Assembly: GCF_049243625.1 (NCBI RefSeq)
Contig: NZ_CP046975.1
Source of the DNA: Corynebacterium amycolatum
Lineage (GTDB): Bacteria; Actinomycetota; Actinomycetes; Mycobacteriales; Mycobacteriaceae
DNA: 32,000 nucleotides
Reading direction: 5' to 3' (one strand)
A program made the translations under genes and the position numbers. The notes beneath the pieces are model-generated. The model ran no database searches, had not been told where the DNA came from, and saw only the letters and a program-made list of their open reading frames with translations. The number at the start of each line of letters is the position of its first letter. The first letter of the stretch is position 1. Below are positions 19,121 to 27,801 of the stretch, piece after piece.

Positions 19121-19870
19121 TTACTGCACCATTAGCATGCTCGGATTGGCAGCATGCGTACATACGTGCATAAATCGGGGGATGATTGACGCAACGGCCT
19201 GGAGGTTTACATCAGATACCTTTAGTCGAATCGCGTCGACTTCCTTCGGGTCAAAGTAACCGACGTCGGTGTAGAAAGACATTCTGCGGAGCAGTCCGTT
19301 AGCATTCATCTCCGGATGAAATTGGGTAACCCAGTTATTCGACCCGATCGAGTACATCTGCACCGGACAGGTTGGGCCTGTGGCAAGCAAAGTTGCATGA
19401 TTGGGAAGCTCCGCAACGGATTCCTTGTGGCCAGTCAACGCATAAAAAGCCGGAGGTAACACCGAAGCTATTGGATCCTGAGTAGCAGCTTCGGTGAGCT
19501 CTACCCGGGTAGAACCCGCTACTTCGCCGTGACGCAGGTTAACCAAACCACCCGAAGTAAAGGCCGTGTAGCTAGCGCCGTAGCAGATAAGCAGTGCGGG
19601 GACAGGACTCCTAAGTACGTCGTAAAGCACATCGTGCGAATACTTCTGCAGACCCGAATGCTCTAGGTCGGTGACGTTAAATGGGCTGCCACCGACGAAT
19701 ACTCCGTCATAGGAGGTCAGGTCGGGTAACTTAGCGCCGACAGCGTCGATGGTAAACAGATCCAACTGGCTGGGCTCAAGCCCGGTGGAATCCAGAAAGT
19801 CCTGGTACTCGGCTTGCCCAGCACCATCTGCGGGGCGGAGCGCCACCAACAAAAACTTACCCACACTCAT
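19121..19870 (-). CDS. Stand-alone class I glutamine amidotransferase (GuaA-N-like), copy 2
   Basis: LLICYGASY (Cys retained) and VTQFHPEMN. 249 aa. Collinear with copy 1 (shared blocks such as GG-PFN, LLATG--CPVQM, TQFHPE). Its position downstream of acnR resembles C. glutamicum cg1739. Confidence 0.8.
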   Translation of the reverse strand: MSVGKFLLVALRPADGAGQAEYQDFLDSTGLEPSQLDLFTIDAVGAKLPDLTSYDGVFVGGSPFNVTDLEHSGLQKYSHDVLYDVLRSPVPALLICYGASYTAFTSGGLVNLRHGEVAGSTRVELTEAATQDPIASVLPPAFYALTGHKESVAELPNHATLLATGPTCPVQMYSIGSNNWVTQFHPEMNANGLLRRMSFYTDVGYFDPKEVDAIRLKVSDVNLQAVASIIPRFMHVCTHAANPSMLMVQ

Positions 19871-19953
19871 AAATAGACAGCTTAGTCCATATTGAGTGAA
19901 ATCTATGCATCTTCACCGGTCAAACGGGATAAATCCACGATAGAAAGCCGAAA

Positions 19954-19978
19954 CCCGCTCCCGTTTTAGGGAAGCGGG
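19954..19978 (-). terminator. Candidate terminator or attenuator downstream of acnR
   Basis: The minus-strand CCCGCTTCCC-taaaa-CGGGAGCGGG stem has one mismatch and is followed by TTTCGGCTTTC. It lies 35 bp after the acnR stop. Confidence 0.4.
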
Positions 19979-20012
19979 TGGTACGGAACGCTTTCAGGCC
20001 TAGCCTGAGTGG

Positions 20013-20579
20013 CTAGTCCTTGCGCCGTAAGCTGTCTTCAACTAAATCAAGCACGGAATCCAATTCGTCGACAGTGCGACCAGATGCCAGACGAACGATG
20101 ATGCCATCGAGCATCAGCTCGAGAAAAAGCTGCATCGTGCGAACCGAATAATCCGACCGTAGAGAGCCGGATGAAGATGTCTGGGTCAATCGGTGGGCAA
20201 CAGCGTCATCCAATTGATCCTGATGGCCCAACCATTGGCCCTTAAACTCCGGGTCGCTGCGAAGGCGACGGGCAATCTCAAGGCGAGTTCCCAGCCAGCC
20301 ATGCTTGTCTGGGTTCGCCACGATATCACGCATTACTTCCACTAATCCGGAAGACTCCGCGACTTCCGCCATATTTGCGGCATCTTCTTCGGCCAATGCT
20401 AAGAACAGACCTTCTTTGGATCCGAAGTGATGGAAAATAGCACCGCGAGACTTACCGGTAGTGGCCTCCAAACGAGAGACCGTTGCGCCGTCGTAGCCGA
20501 ATTCTGCAAAGCACTGCCGCGCGCCGTCGAGAATTTCGTGCCGCCGTTGAGCTAAATCCTGGTTACTCACTTTTGGCAT
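20013..20579 (-). CDS. acnR: TetR-family repressor of aconitase, AcnR
   Basis: 188 aa from ATG 20579. Closely collinear with my recollection of C. glutamicum AcnR (EILDGARQCFAEFGYDGATVSRLEATTGKSRGAIFHHFGSKEGLFLALAEEDAA, C-terminal LDLVEDSLRRKD). Sits immediately downstream of acn. The ORF-track start at 20618 adds 13 unlikely residues. Confidence 0.9.
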   Translation of the reverse strand: MPKVSNQDLAQRRHEILDGARQCFAEFGYDGATVSRLEATTGKSRGAIFHHFGSKEGLFLALAEEDAANMAEVAESSGLVEVMRDIVANPDKHGWLGTRLEIARRLRSDPEFKGQWLGHQDQLDDAVAHRLTQTSSSGSLRSDYSVRTMQLFLELMLDGIIVRLASGRTVDELDSVLDLVEDSLRRKD

Positions 20580-20690
20580 AAGGAAACTCTTTTCTTGCCG
20601 GCGACGCCCAGGGGGCATATTTCACTGCATGACGTGGCAACGCCATTCCTATACGTCCCAAGCCTCATTTTGGTTGGGGTAGAGAAACCC

Positions 20691-20753
20691 GAGGCCGGCA
20701 GGGCGCTAGTCCGTGGGGTATGAATCCGCGGGCTAGCGCAACCTACCGGCCTC
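20691..20753 (-). other. Long imperfect hairpin in the 223-bp acn-acnR spacer
   Basis: Outer stem GAGGCCGG/CCGGCCTC (8 bp). Inner stem GCGCTAGTCCG/CGGGCTAGCGC (10 of 11 paired). Loop of about 13 nt. On the minus strand it is followed by GGGTTTCTCT. Confidence 0.4.
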
Positions 20754-20802
20754 TAGAAGCGCTGCTTACAACAAGCCCTAGCGCGCACGAGTCAAAGGGA
20801 AA

Positions 20803-23601
20803 CTAGTTGCCCTTGATCATGTTGCGCAGGACGTACTGCAGAATACCGCCGTGGCGGTAGTACTCAGCCTCACCAGGGGTATCGATGCGGACCACAGCGT
20901 CGAAGTCGAAGGACTCGCCGTTTTCCTTGGTAACCGTGACCTTGACGGTCTTCGGAGTGGAACCGTTGTTCAGCTCCTCCAGACCAGCGATGTCGAAGGT
21001 CTCAGTGCCATCGATGCCCAGGGACTTCCAGGACTCACCCTCAGGGAACTGCAGCGGCACAACGCCCATGCCGATGAGGTTCGAGCGGTGAATACGCTCG
21101 AAGGACTCAGCGATGACAGCCTTGACGCCGAGCAGGAGGGTTCCCTTAGCTGCCCAGTCACGGGAGGAACCGGTGCCGTATTCCTTACCACCAACAACGA
21201 CCAGCGGAGTGCCAGCCTCCTTGTAGTTCATGGCAGCGTCGTAGATGAATGCCTGCGGGCCACCCTCCTGGGTGAAGTCGCGAGTGTAACCACCGGTGAC
21301 GCCGTCAAGCAGCTGGTTCTGCAGACGGATGTTAGCGAAGGTACCGCGAACCATGACCTCGTGGTTACCACGACGAGAACCCAGGGAGTTGTAGTCCTTG
21401 CGCTCAACGCCCATGGAGTCGAGGTACTGAGCAGCCGGGGTTCCCGGCTTAATGGAGGATGCCGGGGAAATGTGGTCGGTGGTCACCGAGTCACCCAGAG
21501 CTGCGAGGACGCGAGCACCCTTGATGTCGGAAACCGGTGCCGGCTCCATTTCCATCTCGTCAAAGTACGGTGCCTTGCGGATGTAGGAAGACTTGTCGTC
21601 CCAAGCGAAGGTCTTACCCTCCGGGGTCGGCAGGTTCTGCCAGCGCTCGTCACCAGCAAAGACGTCCTTGTAGTCCTCGTCGTAGAGCTCGGAGGAGATG
21701 GAAGCCTCGATGGTGGCCTCAATCTCTTCAGTGGACGGCCAAATATCACGCAGGAAGATGTCGTTGCCCTCTGCGTCCTGCCCCAGAGCGTCGGTCTCGA
21801 AGTCGAAGTCCATGGTACCGGCAATAGCGTAAGCGATAACCAGGATCGGGGAGGCCAGGTAGTTCATCTTCACGTCAGGGGAGATGCGGCCTTCGAAGTT
21901 ACGGTTACCGGACAGAACTGCGGTAGCAGCCAGGTCGACCTCGTTGATGGCAGAGGAAATCTCAGCCGGCAGCGGACCGGAGTTACCGATACAGGTTGCA
22001 CAACCGAAGCCGGACAGGTAGAAGCCCAGAGCCTCGAGATCCTTCCACAGGTCAGCGCGCTTGAAGTAGCCGTTGACAACCTGGGAACCCGGAGCACAAA
22101 TGGTCTTGACCCACGGCTTTGCATGCAGGCCCTTCTCGACAGCCTTACGTGCCAACAGACCAGCGCCAACCATGACCGACGGGTTGGAGGTGTTGGTACA
22201 AGAAGTGATGGAAGCGATGGCGACCATACCGTGGTCGAGCGTGTACTCGCCGCCCTTCGGGGAAGTGACGGTAATTGGGGAGCTCGGGCGACCTTCAGCG
22301 CTGTCAGCAGCGGACTCGCCGTGACCCTCGCGGGACTCGTTGTAGTCTGCAGCCAGCTCGGAAGTCGGTGCGGAAGCCTTGACAGCGCCCTTGATCTCGC
22401 CGTCGGAGTAGTTGTGCAGGTCCTTACGGAACTGTTCCTTGGCGGAAGCCAGCTCGATGCGGTCCTGCGGACGCTTTGGACCAGCGATGGACGGAACGAC
22501 GGTGGACAGGTCCAGCTCGAGGTACTCGGAGTACTCAGCCTCCGGAGTGTTCTCGTCCAACCACATACCCTGAGCCTTGGCGTAAGCCTCGACGCGCTCC
22601 AGGGTCTCCTTGTCGCGGCCGGTCAGGGCCAGGTACTTGACGGTCTCATCGTCGATCGGGAAGATTGCGGCGGTGGAACCAAACTCCGGCGACATGTTAC
22701 CGATGGTCGCACGGTTGGCCAGCGGCAGCTTGGAGACGCCAGCGCCGTAGAACTCTACGAACTTGCCGACGACGCCGTGCTGGCGCAGCATGTCGGTAAC
22801 GGTGAGCACAACGTCGGTTGCGGTAACGCCCGGCTGAATGTCGCCAGTCAGCTTAAAGCCAACGACGCGCGGAATGAGCATGGAAATCGGCTGGCCGAGC
22901 ATTGCAGCCTCAGCCTCAATACCACCAACACCCCAGCCCAGGATGCCCAGGCCGTTCTGCATGGTCGTGTGGGAGTCAGTACCAACACAGGTGTCCGGGT
23001 ATGCCAGGCCGTTGTTCTCGAAGACAACGCGAGCCAGGTACTCGATGTTGACCTGGTGGACAATACCGGTTCCCGGAGGAACAACGCGGAAGTTGGAGAA
23101 TGCACCAGTACCCCAGCGGAGGAACTTGTAGCGCTCATCATTGCGCTGGTACTCAATCTCGACGTTCTTAGCCAGAGCGTCTTCGCTACCGAAGGCCTCG
23201 ATGATGACCGAGTGGTCGATGACCATCTCGGCCGGGTTCAGCGGGTTAACCTGATCCGGGTCGCCGCCGAGAGTCTTAACAGCCTCACGCATGGTAGCCA
23301 GGTCAACAACACAGGCGACGCCAGTGAAGTCCTGCATAATAACGCGAGCAGGGGTGAACTGAATCTCGATCGACGGATCAGCGGAAGGAACCCAGTTGGC
23401 GACAGCCTTGATGTGCTCCTCAGTGATGTTGGCGCCATCTTCGTTGCGCAGCAGGTTCTCACCGAGAACCTTCAACGAGTAAGGCAGCTTCTCCATACCC
23501 GGCACAGCATCAAGAGCGAAGTAGTCATAAGACTTGTCTCCGACCTCAAGCTTGCGCAGGGCGTTGAAAGAGTTCTTGCTTTCAGCCACAGTCAGCTCCA
23601 T
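20803..23601 (-). CDS. acn: Aconitate hydratase (aconitase A)
   Basis: 932 aa from ATG 23601 ([30 protein letters not shown], matching the remembered C. glutamicum Acn N-terminus). Fe-S ligand motifs [10 protein letters not shown] and [13 protein letters not shown], plus the substrate motif GTDSHTTM. The ORF-track start at 23745 is an upstream extension. Confidence 0.95.
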   Translation of the reverse strand: MELTVAESKNSFNALRKLEVGDKSYDYFALDAVPGMEKLPYSLKVLGENLLRNEDGANITEEHIKAVANWVPSADPSIEIQFTPARVIMQDFTGVACVVDLATMREAVKTLGGDPDQVNPLNPAEMVIDHSVIIEAFGSEDALAKNVEIEYQRNDERYKFLRWGTGAFSNFRVVPPGTGIVHQVNIEYLARVVFENNGLAYPDTCVGTDSHTTMQNGLGILGWGVGGIEAEAAMLGQPISMLIPRVVGFKLTGDIQPGVTATDVVLTVTDMLRQHGVVGKFVEFYGAGVSKLPLANRATIGNMSPEFGSTAAIFPIDDETVKYLALTGRDKETLERVEAYAKAQGMWLDENTPEAEYSEYLELDLSTVVPSIAGPKRPQDRIELASAKEQFRKDLHNYSDGEIKGAVKASAPTSELAADYNESREGHGESAADSAEGRPSSPITVTSPKGGEYTLDHGMVAIASITSCTNTSNPSVMVGAGLLARKAVEKGLHAKPWVKTICAPGSQVVNGYFKRADLWKDLEALGFYLSGFGCATCIGNSGPLPAEISSAINEVDLAATAVLSGNRNFEGRISPDVKMNYLASPILVIAYAIAGTMDFDFETDALGQDAEGNDIFLRDIWPSTEEIEATIEASISSELYDEDYKDVFAGDERWQNLPTPEGKTFAWDDKSSYIRKAPYFDEMEMEPAPVSDIKGARVLAALGDSVTTDHISPASSIKPGTPAAQYLDSMGVERKDYNSLGSRRGNHEVMVRGTFANIRLQNQLLDGVTGGYTRDFTQEGGPQAFIYDAAMNYKEAGTPLVVVGGKEYGTGSSRDWAAKGTLLLGVKAVIAESFERIHRSNLIGMGVVPLQFPEGESWKSLGIDGTETFDIAGLEELNNGSTPKTVKVTVTKENGESFDFDAVVRIDTPGEAEYYRHGGILQYVLRNMIKGN

Positions 23602-23784
23602 TTCTATTCGGGTGAATTGTCGCCTTAGCTGAAGAGACCGGCACTCGAATTTCGGCCCTTCACAAGGCATAGGTGCGATCACGCCGCCCCTTATCAACCA
23701 ATTAAAGCAATAATCACGATGCGGGGCACACGAGCCCACGCACACGTTTTTAAGGAAGCGTTACCGTCCTTGCATCAACAATAA

Positions 23785-23800
23785 CAGTACGAACGTTCTG
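23785..23800 (-). promoter_or_regulatory. AcnR operator
   Basis: The gene-strand sequence CAGAACGTTCGTACTG fits the published AcnR consensus CAGNACnnncGTACTG at every specified position. It lies 184-199 nt upstream of the acn ATG and is followed by candidate -10 hexamers TACTGT and TATTGT. Confidence 0.7.
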
Positions 23801-23956
23801 TATGTAGATTACCCGCGGCGCGCCGAGTCAAGCTACCCCCGTTCACGTCCAAGACAGGCCATTATAGAGGGGACAAACGAAGCAGCATCTCCGCCAAATT
23901 GGGGCGCGTGGAAACCATTCTCACGCAAAACAGGAGCACGATACGGAAGGCAGTTA

Positions 23957-24466
23957 ATGCATACGCCAGCAGATTCACAGGCAGCGAAAGAAACCGTCGA
24001 AAAGGCGGTCGCTCAGCTACGCACCGACAACATCGTGACAAATAACCCACAGCTCCGAGAAGCGGTCCAGCCAATTGTCGACGATGCCGCAAATCGGGGG
24101 GTTCCCAATTTCAATATCATCTACCTGGATAGCGAGAAGATTTACCCCGTTTCCGAGCAAAAGAATACGGACATCTTTTCCTTTGCCCGCCAAGTGGCAG
24201 ACCAAGTCGGCGGAACCACTGTTGTGCGCACGCCAGGCAATGTGGCCACCGCATCTGCCGATTTTCCCCGCGCAGCTATTGAACGCGCCGACCACGCAAT
24301 GATGGAGACCCCTCGAGACTATCCGGCGGGCCTAGATGCCTACTTGCACGAACTTACTAACTACGTCGTTCCATGGACTCTTTACAGCCTGATCGCAGGC
24401 GTAGTTATCGTCGCACTCTTCGTTGGACTGACGTTCTACTGGCTACGTACACGCCCAACCACCTAA
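23957..24466 (+). CDS. Conserved hypothetical tail-anchored membrane protein (Rv1476-like position)
   Basis: 169 aa with a soluble N-terminal domain and a single C-terminal TM helix (LYSLIAGVVIVALFVGLTFYWL). SD GGAAGG lies 6 nt before the ATG. Divergent from acn. Confidence 0.6.
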   Translation: MHTPADSQAAKETVEKAVAQLRTDNIVTNNPQLREAVQPIVDDAANRGVPNFNIIYLDSEKIYPVSEQKNTDIFSFARQVADQVGGTTVVRTPGNVATASADFPRAAIERADHAMMETPRDYPAGLDAYLHELTNYVVPWTLYSLIAGVVIVALFVGLTFYWLRTRPTT

Positions 24467-24652
24467 GGGGTCGCTTTACGACGGGCACTGAAGCTTATCA
24501 GCCCCACCGAGTAGATTCACCGCCCCGGTTTTCCATCCCCAGGCAAGAGATAGGGTAAGTGCCCCACAAACTGGTAGCAGCGAGGAAACCAGGCTCCACC
24601 TAAATTGGATAACACTGTTGCAGTCATCGTAATGATGTCAACGACTTTACAT
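24467..24652 (+). ncRNA. Candidate structured 3' UTR or small RNA with four CCCC motifs
   Basis: A non-coding stretch between the stop at 24466 and the strong terminator at 24653-24681. CCCC runs occur at 24502, 24523, 24537 and 24562. There is no supporting expression or conservation data. Confidence 0.25.
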
Positions 24653-24681
24653 AGGTCAAGCATCAACGCTTGACCTTTTTT
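24653..24681 (+). terminator. Rho-independent terminator (plus strand)
   Basis: AGGTCAAGC-atcaac-GCTTGACCT forms a 9-bp perfect stem, followed by a run of six T (24676-24681). There is no A-run on the 5' side, so it is plus-strand specific. Confidence 0.7.
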
Positions 24682-25095
24682 CATGCGCGTTACCCCGAAT
24701 AACTACCTGCAATGCTTCGGCACGCCGACAGGCCATCGAATAGTGACATAATTCACACACAAAACTAGGGTTCGACATAACCGCAGGCCACGACGTATAA
24801 CGAAACGGTTACAAAGCAGGGGACGGTTGGTAATTTTGTTACTTATGTTTTTTTAGAGCTTTTTGACCCGTAAAGTGCTCGGTGATGCCAATAGTGGACT
24901 CAAGGGTCCAGTATTGACCAAAGAAAACTCGCGGGAGCGCTGGTGTTGCTTTTGGTCGTTGTTTCGGTTCGGCGTTTCGTGCAGTTCCGCTCAAGACCAG
25001 AAGACAACAACAGGAAGATATCCAACGATGGGGAAGTCGCTGGTGTCGGACCTGAGGCGTGAACGCACCCATAGGAGAAATGTAGGAGTAACGCG

Positions 25096-26742
25096 GTGCC
25101 GAGTAATCGCAAAGTCCGTGCATCATATTGGACTCGTCCAATTGCCGGTATTATCACGGCGGGTCTTTTGGCGACGAACACCCAGGTTGCAGTTGCACAG
25201 CCACTAAATCCGAGTGACGCCCAGATTCGCCAAGCGCGAGAGGCGGCCTCTAACGCCGAGTCGTACTTGCAGTCCCTGGTCGCCGAGGTGACTTCTAGCG
25301 AGCGTCGAGTATCTGACCTCGAGCTACGCATGGGCACTCTCCGCGAGGACGTCAACAAGGCCATGGTGGACCTTGAAACCGCCCGGGATGCCGCTAACCG
25401 TACACGCGACGCGGTCAACGAGGCTCGCGCTCAGCTCGATCGTTCTCGTGCTGAGCTCGCTAGTGCACAAAAGCAGTTCGACGAACTGGCACGGACAATC
25501 ATGCGCCAGGGACGTTCCAGCGGCTCGATTCTTGAGGGCGCGCGAGACGCATCCGACGCTATTAATCGCCTGTCCGCCTTGCGCCGTGAAGCCGACCGTC
25601 AAGAGCAGACCGTTGACTCTCTGGACAAGAATCGAACTGAGGCTGCCAACCAGGAGTCGGCACTTCGCAAGAAGAGTGACGAGGCTCAGCAGGCGGAGGC
25701 GACTGCAAACCAGCGAAACACCGATGCTCAGAACGCGTACTCCGAGGCAAACCAGGAGCTTCAAAAGGAGCAAGCAGATTACCAGCAGGCTCAAGTTGAC
25801 CGCGATGCCGCAAAAGCATCTTTGGACGCAGCCCGTAATGCGGTCAACGAGCTGAACTCCCAGCGCCAGAATTATGAGAACGAGCAGGCCCGCAAGGAAG
25901 CGGAAGACGCCGCTGCCAAGAAGGCCGCTGAGGAAGCTGCAGCTAAGACTCGTGCCGAGGCCCAGGCGAACCAGGCCGAAGAGGATTCCTCTTCTGAGTC
26001 CACAGATGAAAGCAATAGCTCCACTGGTTCTAACAGCTCCACTGGTTCTACTGGTTCTAACAGCTCCACTGGTTCTACTGGTTCTAACAGCTCCACTGGC
26101 TCGACTGGTTCTAACAGCTCCACTGGCTCGACTGGTTCTAACAGCTCCACTGGCTCGACTGGCTCCACCAGTTCCTCTGAGACGACCGAATCTACCGGCT
26201 CCTCTGAGTCCACCGAGACTTCGGAATCGTCTAGCACCGGCAGCGCGTCGTCAAGCGGCACCCCAGCACAGACTGTGGCGCCGACGAATCCGGAGACCGG
26301 TCAGAGCACCTCGGGTTCTTCCAGCCAGAAGGTTGAGACTGTCATCGCACGCGCGATGGGGCAGCTCGGTGTCCCATACGCATGGGGCGGTGGCAACGCC
26401 AACGGCCCGACCAAGGGTATCCGTGACGGCGGAGTAGCTGACTCCCACGGCGACTACAACAAGATTGGTTTCGACTGCTCGGGACTGACTCTGTACGCCT
26501 ACGCCGCTGTTGGCATTGACCTACCTCACTACACCGGCTACCAGTACCAGCGCGGAAAGCACTACCCGGCATCTCAGATGAAGCGTGGTGACCTGCTGTT
26601 CTGGGGCCCGAATGGTCACGGCCACGTCGCTATCTACCTGGGCGATGGCAAGATGATTGAGGCACCACAGTCCGGTTCTGTGGTTAAGATCTCGCCAGTC
26701 CGTTATAACGGAATGACACCGAACGTTGTCCGCCTCGTCTAG
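25096..26742 (+). CDS. ripA: Secreted coiled-coil NlpC/P60 peptidoglycan endopeptidase, RipA-like
   Basis: GTG start with AGGAG 7 nt upstream. Signal-like N-terminus ending AVAQP. Roughly 250 aa of heptad-like, Ala/Glu/Gln-rich sequence, then a Ser/Thr/Gly-rich linker. C-terminal NlpC/P60 domain with catalytic FDCSGLTLYAY and GHVAIYLGDGKMIEAP. Immediately upstream of moxR, as Rv1477 is relative to Rv1479. Confidence 0.85.
   Translation: MPSNRKVRASYWTRPIAGIITAGLLATNTQVAVAQPLNPSDAQIRQAREAASNAESYLQSLVAEVTSSERRVSDLELRMGTLREDVNKAMVDLETARDAANRTRDAVNEARAQLDRSRAELASAQKQFDELARTIMRQGRSSGSILEGARDASDAINRLSALRREADRQEQTVDSLDKNRTEAANQESALRKKSDEAQQAEATANQRNTDAQNAYSEANQELQKEQADYQQAQVDRDAAKASLDAARNAVNELNSQRQNYENEQARKEAEDAAAKKAAEEAAAKTRAEAQANQAEEDSSSESTDESNSSTGSNSSTGSTGSNSSTGSTGSNSSTGSTGSNSSTGSTGSNSSTGSTGSTSSSETTESTGSSESTETSESSSTGSASSSGTPAQTVAPTNPETGQSTSGSSSQKVETVIARAMGQLGVPYAWGGGNANGPTKGIRDGGVADSHGDYNKIGFDCSGLTLYAYAAVGIDLPHYTGYQYQRGKHYPASQMKRGDLLFWGPNGHGHVAIYLGDGKMIEAPQSGSVVKISPVRYNGMTPNVVRLV
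26017..26169 (+). repeat. In-frame tandem repeat: one 18-bp partial unit plus five 27-bp units (AGCTCCACTGGTTCTACTGGTTCTAAC = SSTGSTGSN)
   Basis: Unit boundaries read directly: 26017-26034 (18 bp), then 26035, 26062, 26089, 26116 and 26143 (27 bp each). Units 2-3 carry GGTTCT where units 4-6 carry GGCTCG. Confidence 0.9.
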
Positions 26743-26762
26743 TTTCTAACGACGTGTTCTAC

Positions 26763-26780
26763 AGGTCGGGCGACCGACCT
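26763..26780 (+). other. Hairpin AGGTCGG-gcga-CCGACCT between the RipA-like gene and moxR
   Basis: A 7-bp stem with a GCGA tetraloop in the 54-bp spacer. No T-run follows, so it is not a canonical terminator. Confidence 0.3.
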
Positions 26781-26796
26781 AAAGAAGGGTTTCTCT

Positions 26797-27801
26797 GTGA
26801 CCTACCCAACGCCCACTGACCACACGGACCTCGAGCGCGCATACGCGGAGCTGGGGAAGGTTGTGGTTGGCCAGGAGCACCTGATCAAGCAGCTCTTTAT
26901 CGCGATGCTCGCAGGAGGTCATGTCCTGCTCGAAGGTGTTCCGGGTGTTGCGAAAACTCTGGCAGTGTCTACTTTTGCCAAAGTGATGGGTGGTTCCTAC
27001 TCCCGCATCCAGTTCACTCCGGATTTGGTGCCATCGGATATTGTCGGCACCCGAATTTTCCGCCAGGACACCTCGGAGTTCATCGTCGAGCCCGGCCCGG
27101 TCATGTCAAATATCGTGCTCGCTGATGAAATCAACCGCGCACCGGCGAAGGTGCAGTCGGCACTGCTGGAAGTCATGGCAGAGCACCAGGTGTCCATCGC
27201 AGGGGAGTCGACGCCAGTACCGGAGCCGTTTTTGGTCCTGGCCACGCAAAACCCAATTGAAAACCAGGGTGTCTACCCACTGCCGGAGGCTCAGCGGGAC
27301 CGTTTTCTATTCAAGGTCCTCGTGGGTTACCCCACTCCGGCGGAAGAGCGGGAGATTGTCTACCGCATGGGAGCCACTCCTCCAGTCGCGCAGCAGATTC
27401 TCACCCCAGAGAGTGTCCGGGAACTGCAGCGCGCTACCCGCGAAGTCTTTGTCCACCACACGCTGATTGACTACATCGTGGCCGTCATCGAACTCACCCG
27501 TAATCCGATGCGGACGGAATTGAAGGATGTCGACCGCTGGCTTTCCTATGGCGCATCGCCGCGTGCGACTCTTGGTGCTGTCGCGGCTGCCCGCGCCCAC
27601 GCGCTGTTTTCCGGTCGCGACTATGTCGTGCCGGACGATGTGGTCTCCGTGCTTCCCGACGTGCTGCGTCACCGCCTGGTCCTGTCCTATGAGGGCCTGG
27701 CCGATGGCGTTACTCCCGAACGGATTATTGACATCGTGTTGTCTCACGTGCGCCTTCCCCAGGGCGCGGGCACTGGCTCCGATGAGGGCACTGCCTCCTA
27801 A
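26797..27801 (+). CDS. moxR: MoxR-family AAA+ ATPase
   Basis: Walker A LLEGVPGVAKT and Walker B VLADEINRAP. 334 aa. GTG start preceded by AAGAAGGG. Followed by DUF58 and VWA genes. Confidence 0.9.
   Translation: MTYPTPTDHTDLERAYAELGKVVVGQEHLIKQLFIAMLAGGHVLLEGVPGVAKTLAVSTFAKVMGGSYSRIQFTPDLVPSDIVGTRIFRQDTSEFIVEPGPVMSNIVLADEINRAPAKVQSALLEVMAEHQVSIAGESTPVPEPFLVLATQNPIENQGVYPLPEAQRDRFLFKVLVGYPTPAEEREIVYRMGATPPVAQQILTPESVRELQRATREVFVHHTLIDYIVAVIELTRNPMRTELKDVDRWLSYGASPRATLGAVAAARAHALFSGRDYVVPDDVVSVLPDVLRHRLVLSYEGLADGVTPERIIDIVLSHVRLPQGAGTGSDEGTAS

Noticed and set aside
20851-23628. A 925-aa open reading frame on the plus strand spanning almost the whole aconitase gene
   Set aside because: It is exactly antisense to a very well supported acn CDS. 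Its composition (rich in G, V, L, D, R and S) is typical of a high-GC shadow frame, and it has no SD or recognisable motif.
24467-24600. Minus-strand reading of this region gives GGGG-containing strings (GGGGCGGTGAATC, CCCGTCGTAAAGCG) reminiscent of ydaO riboswitch strands
   Set aside because: There is no downstream gene on the minus strand, since the region abuts the 3' end of a plus-strand CDS. The adjacent terminator is plus-specific, and the matches are short and out of the consensus order.
24839-25418. Minus-strand ORFs of 100 aa (24839-25141) and 172 aa (24900-25418)
   Set aside because: They overlap the leader and the 5' part of the RipA-like gene in antisense and show no motifs or SD. 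They are probably shadow frames.
26017-26169. A regular 27-bp repeat array that superficially looks CRISPR-like
   Set aside because: The units are directly adjacent with no spacers, are in frame inside a well supported CDS and encode a Ser/Thr/Gly linker. No cas genes are present.
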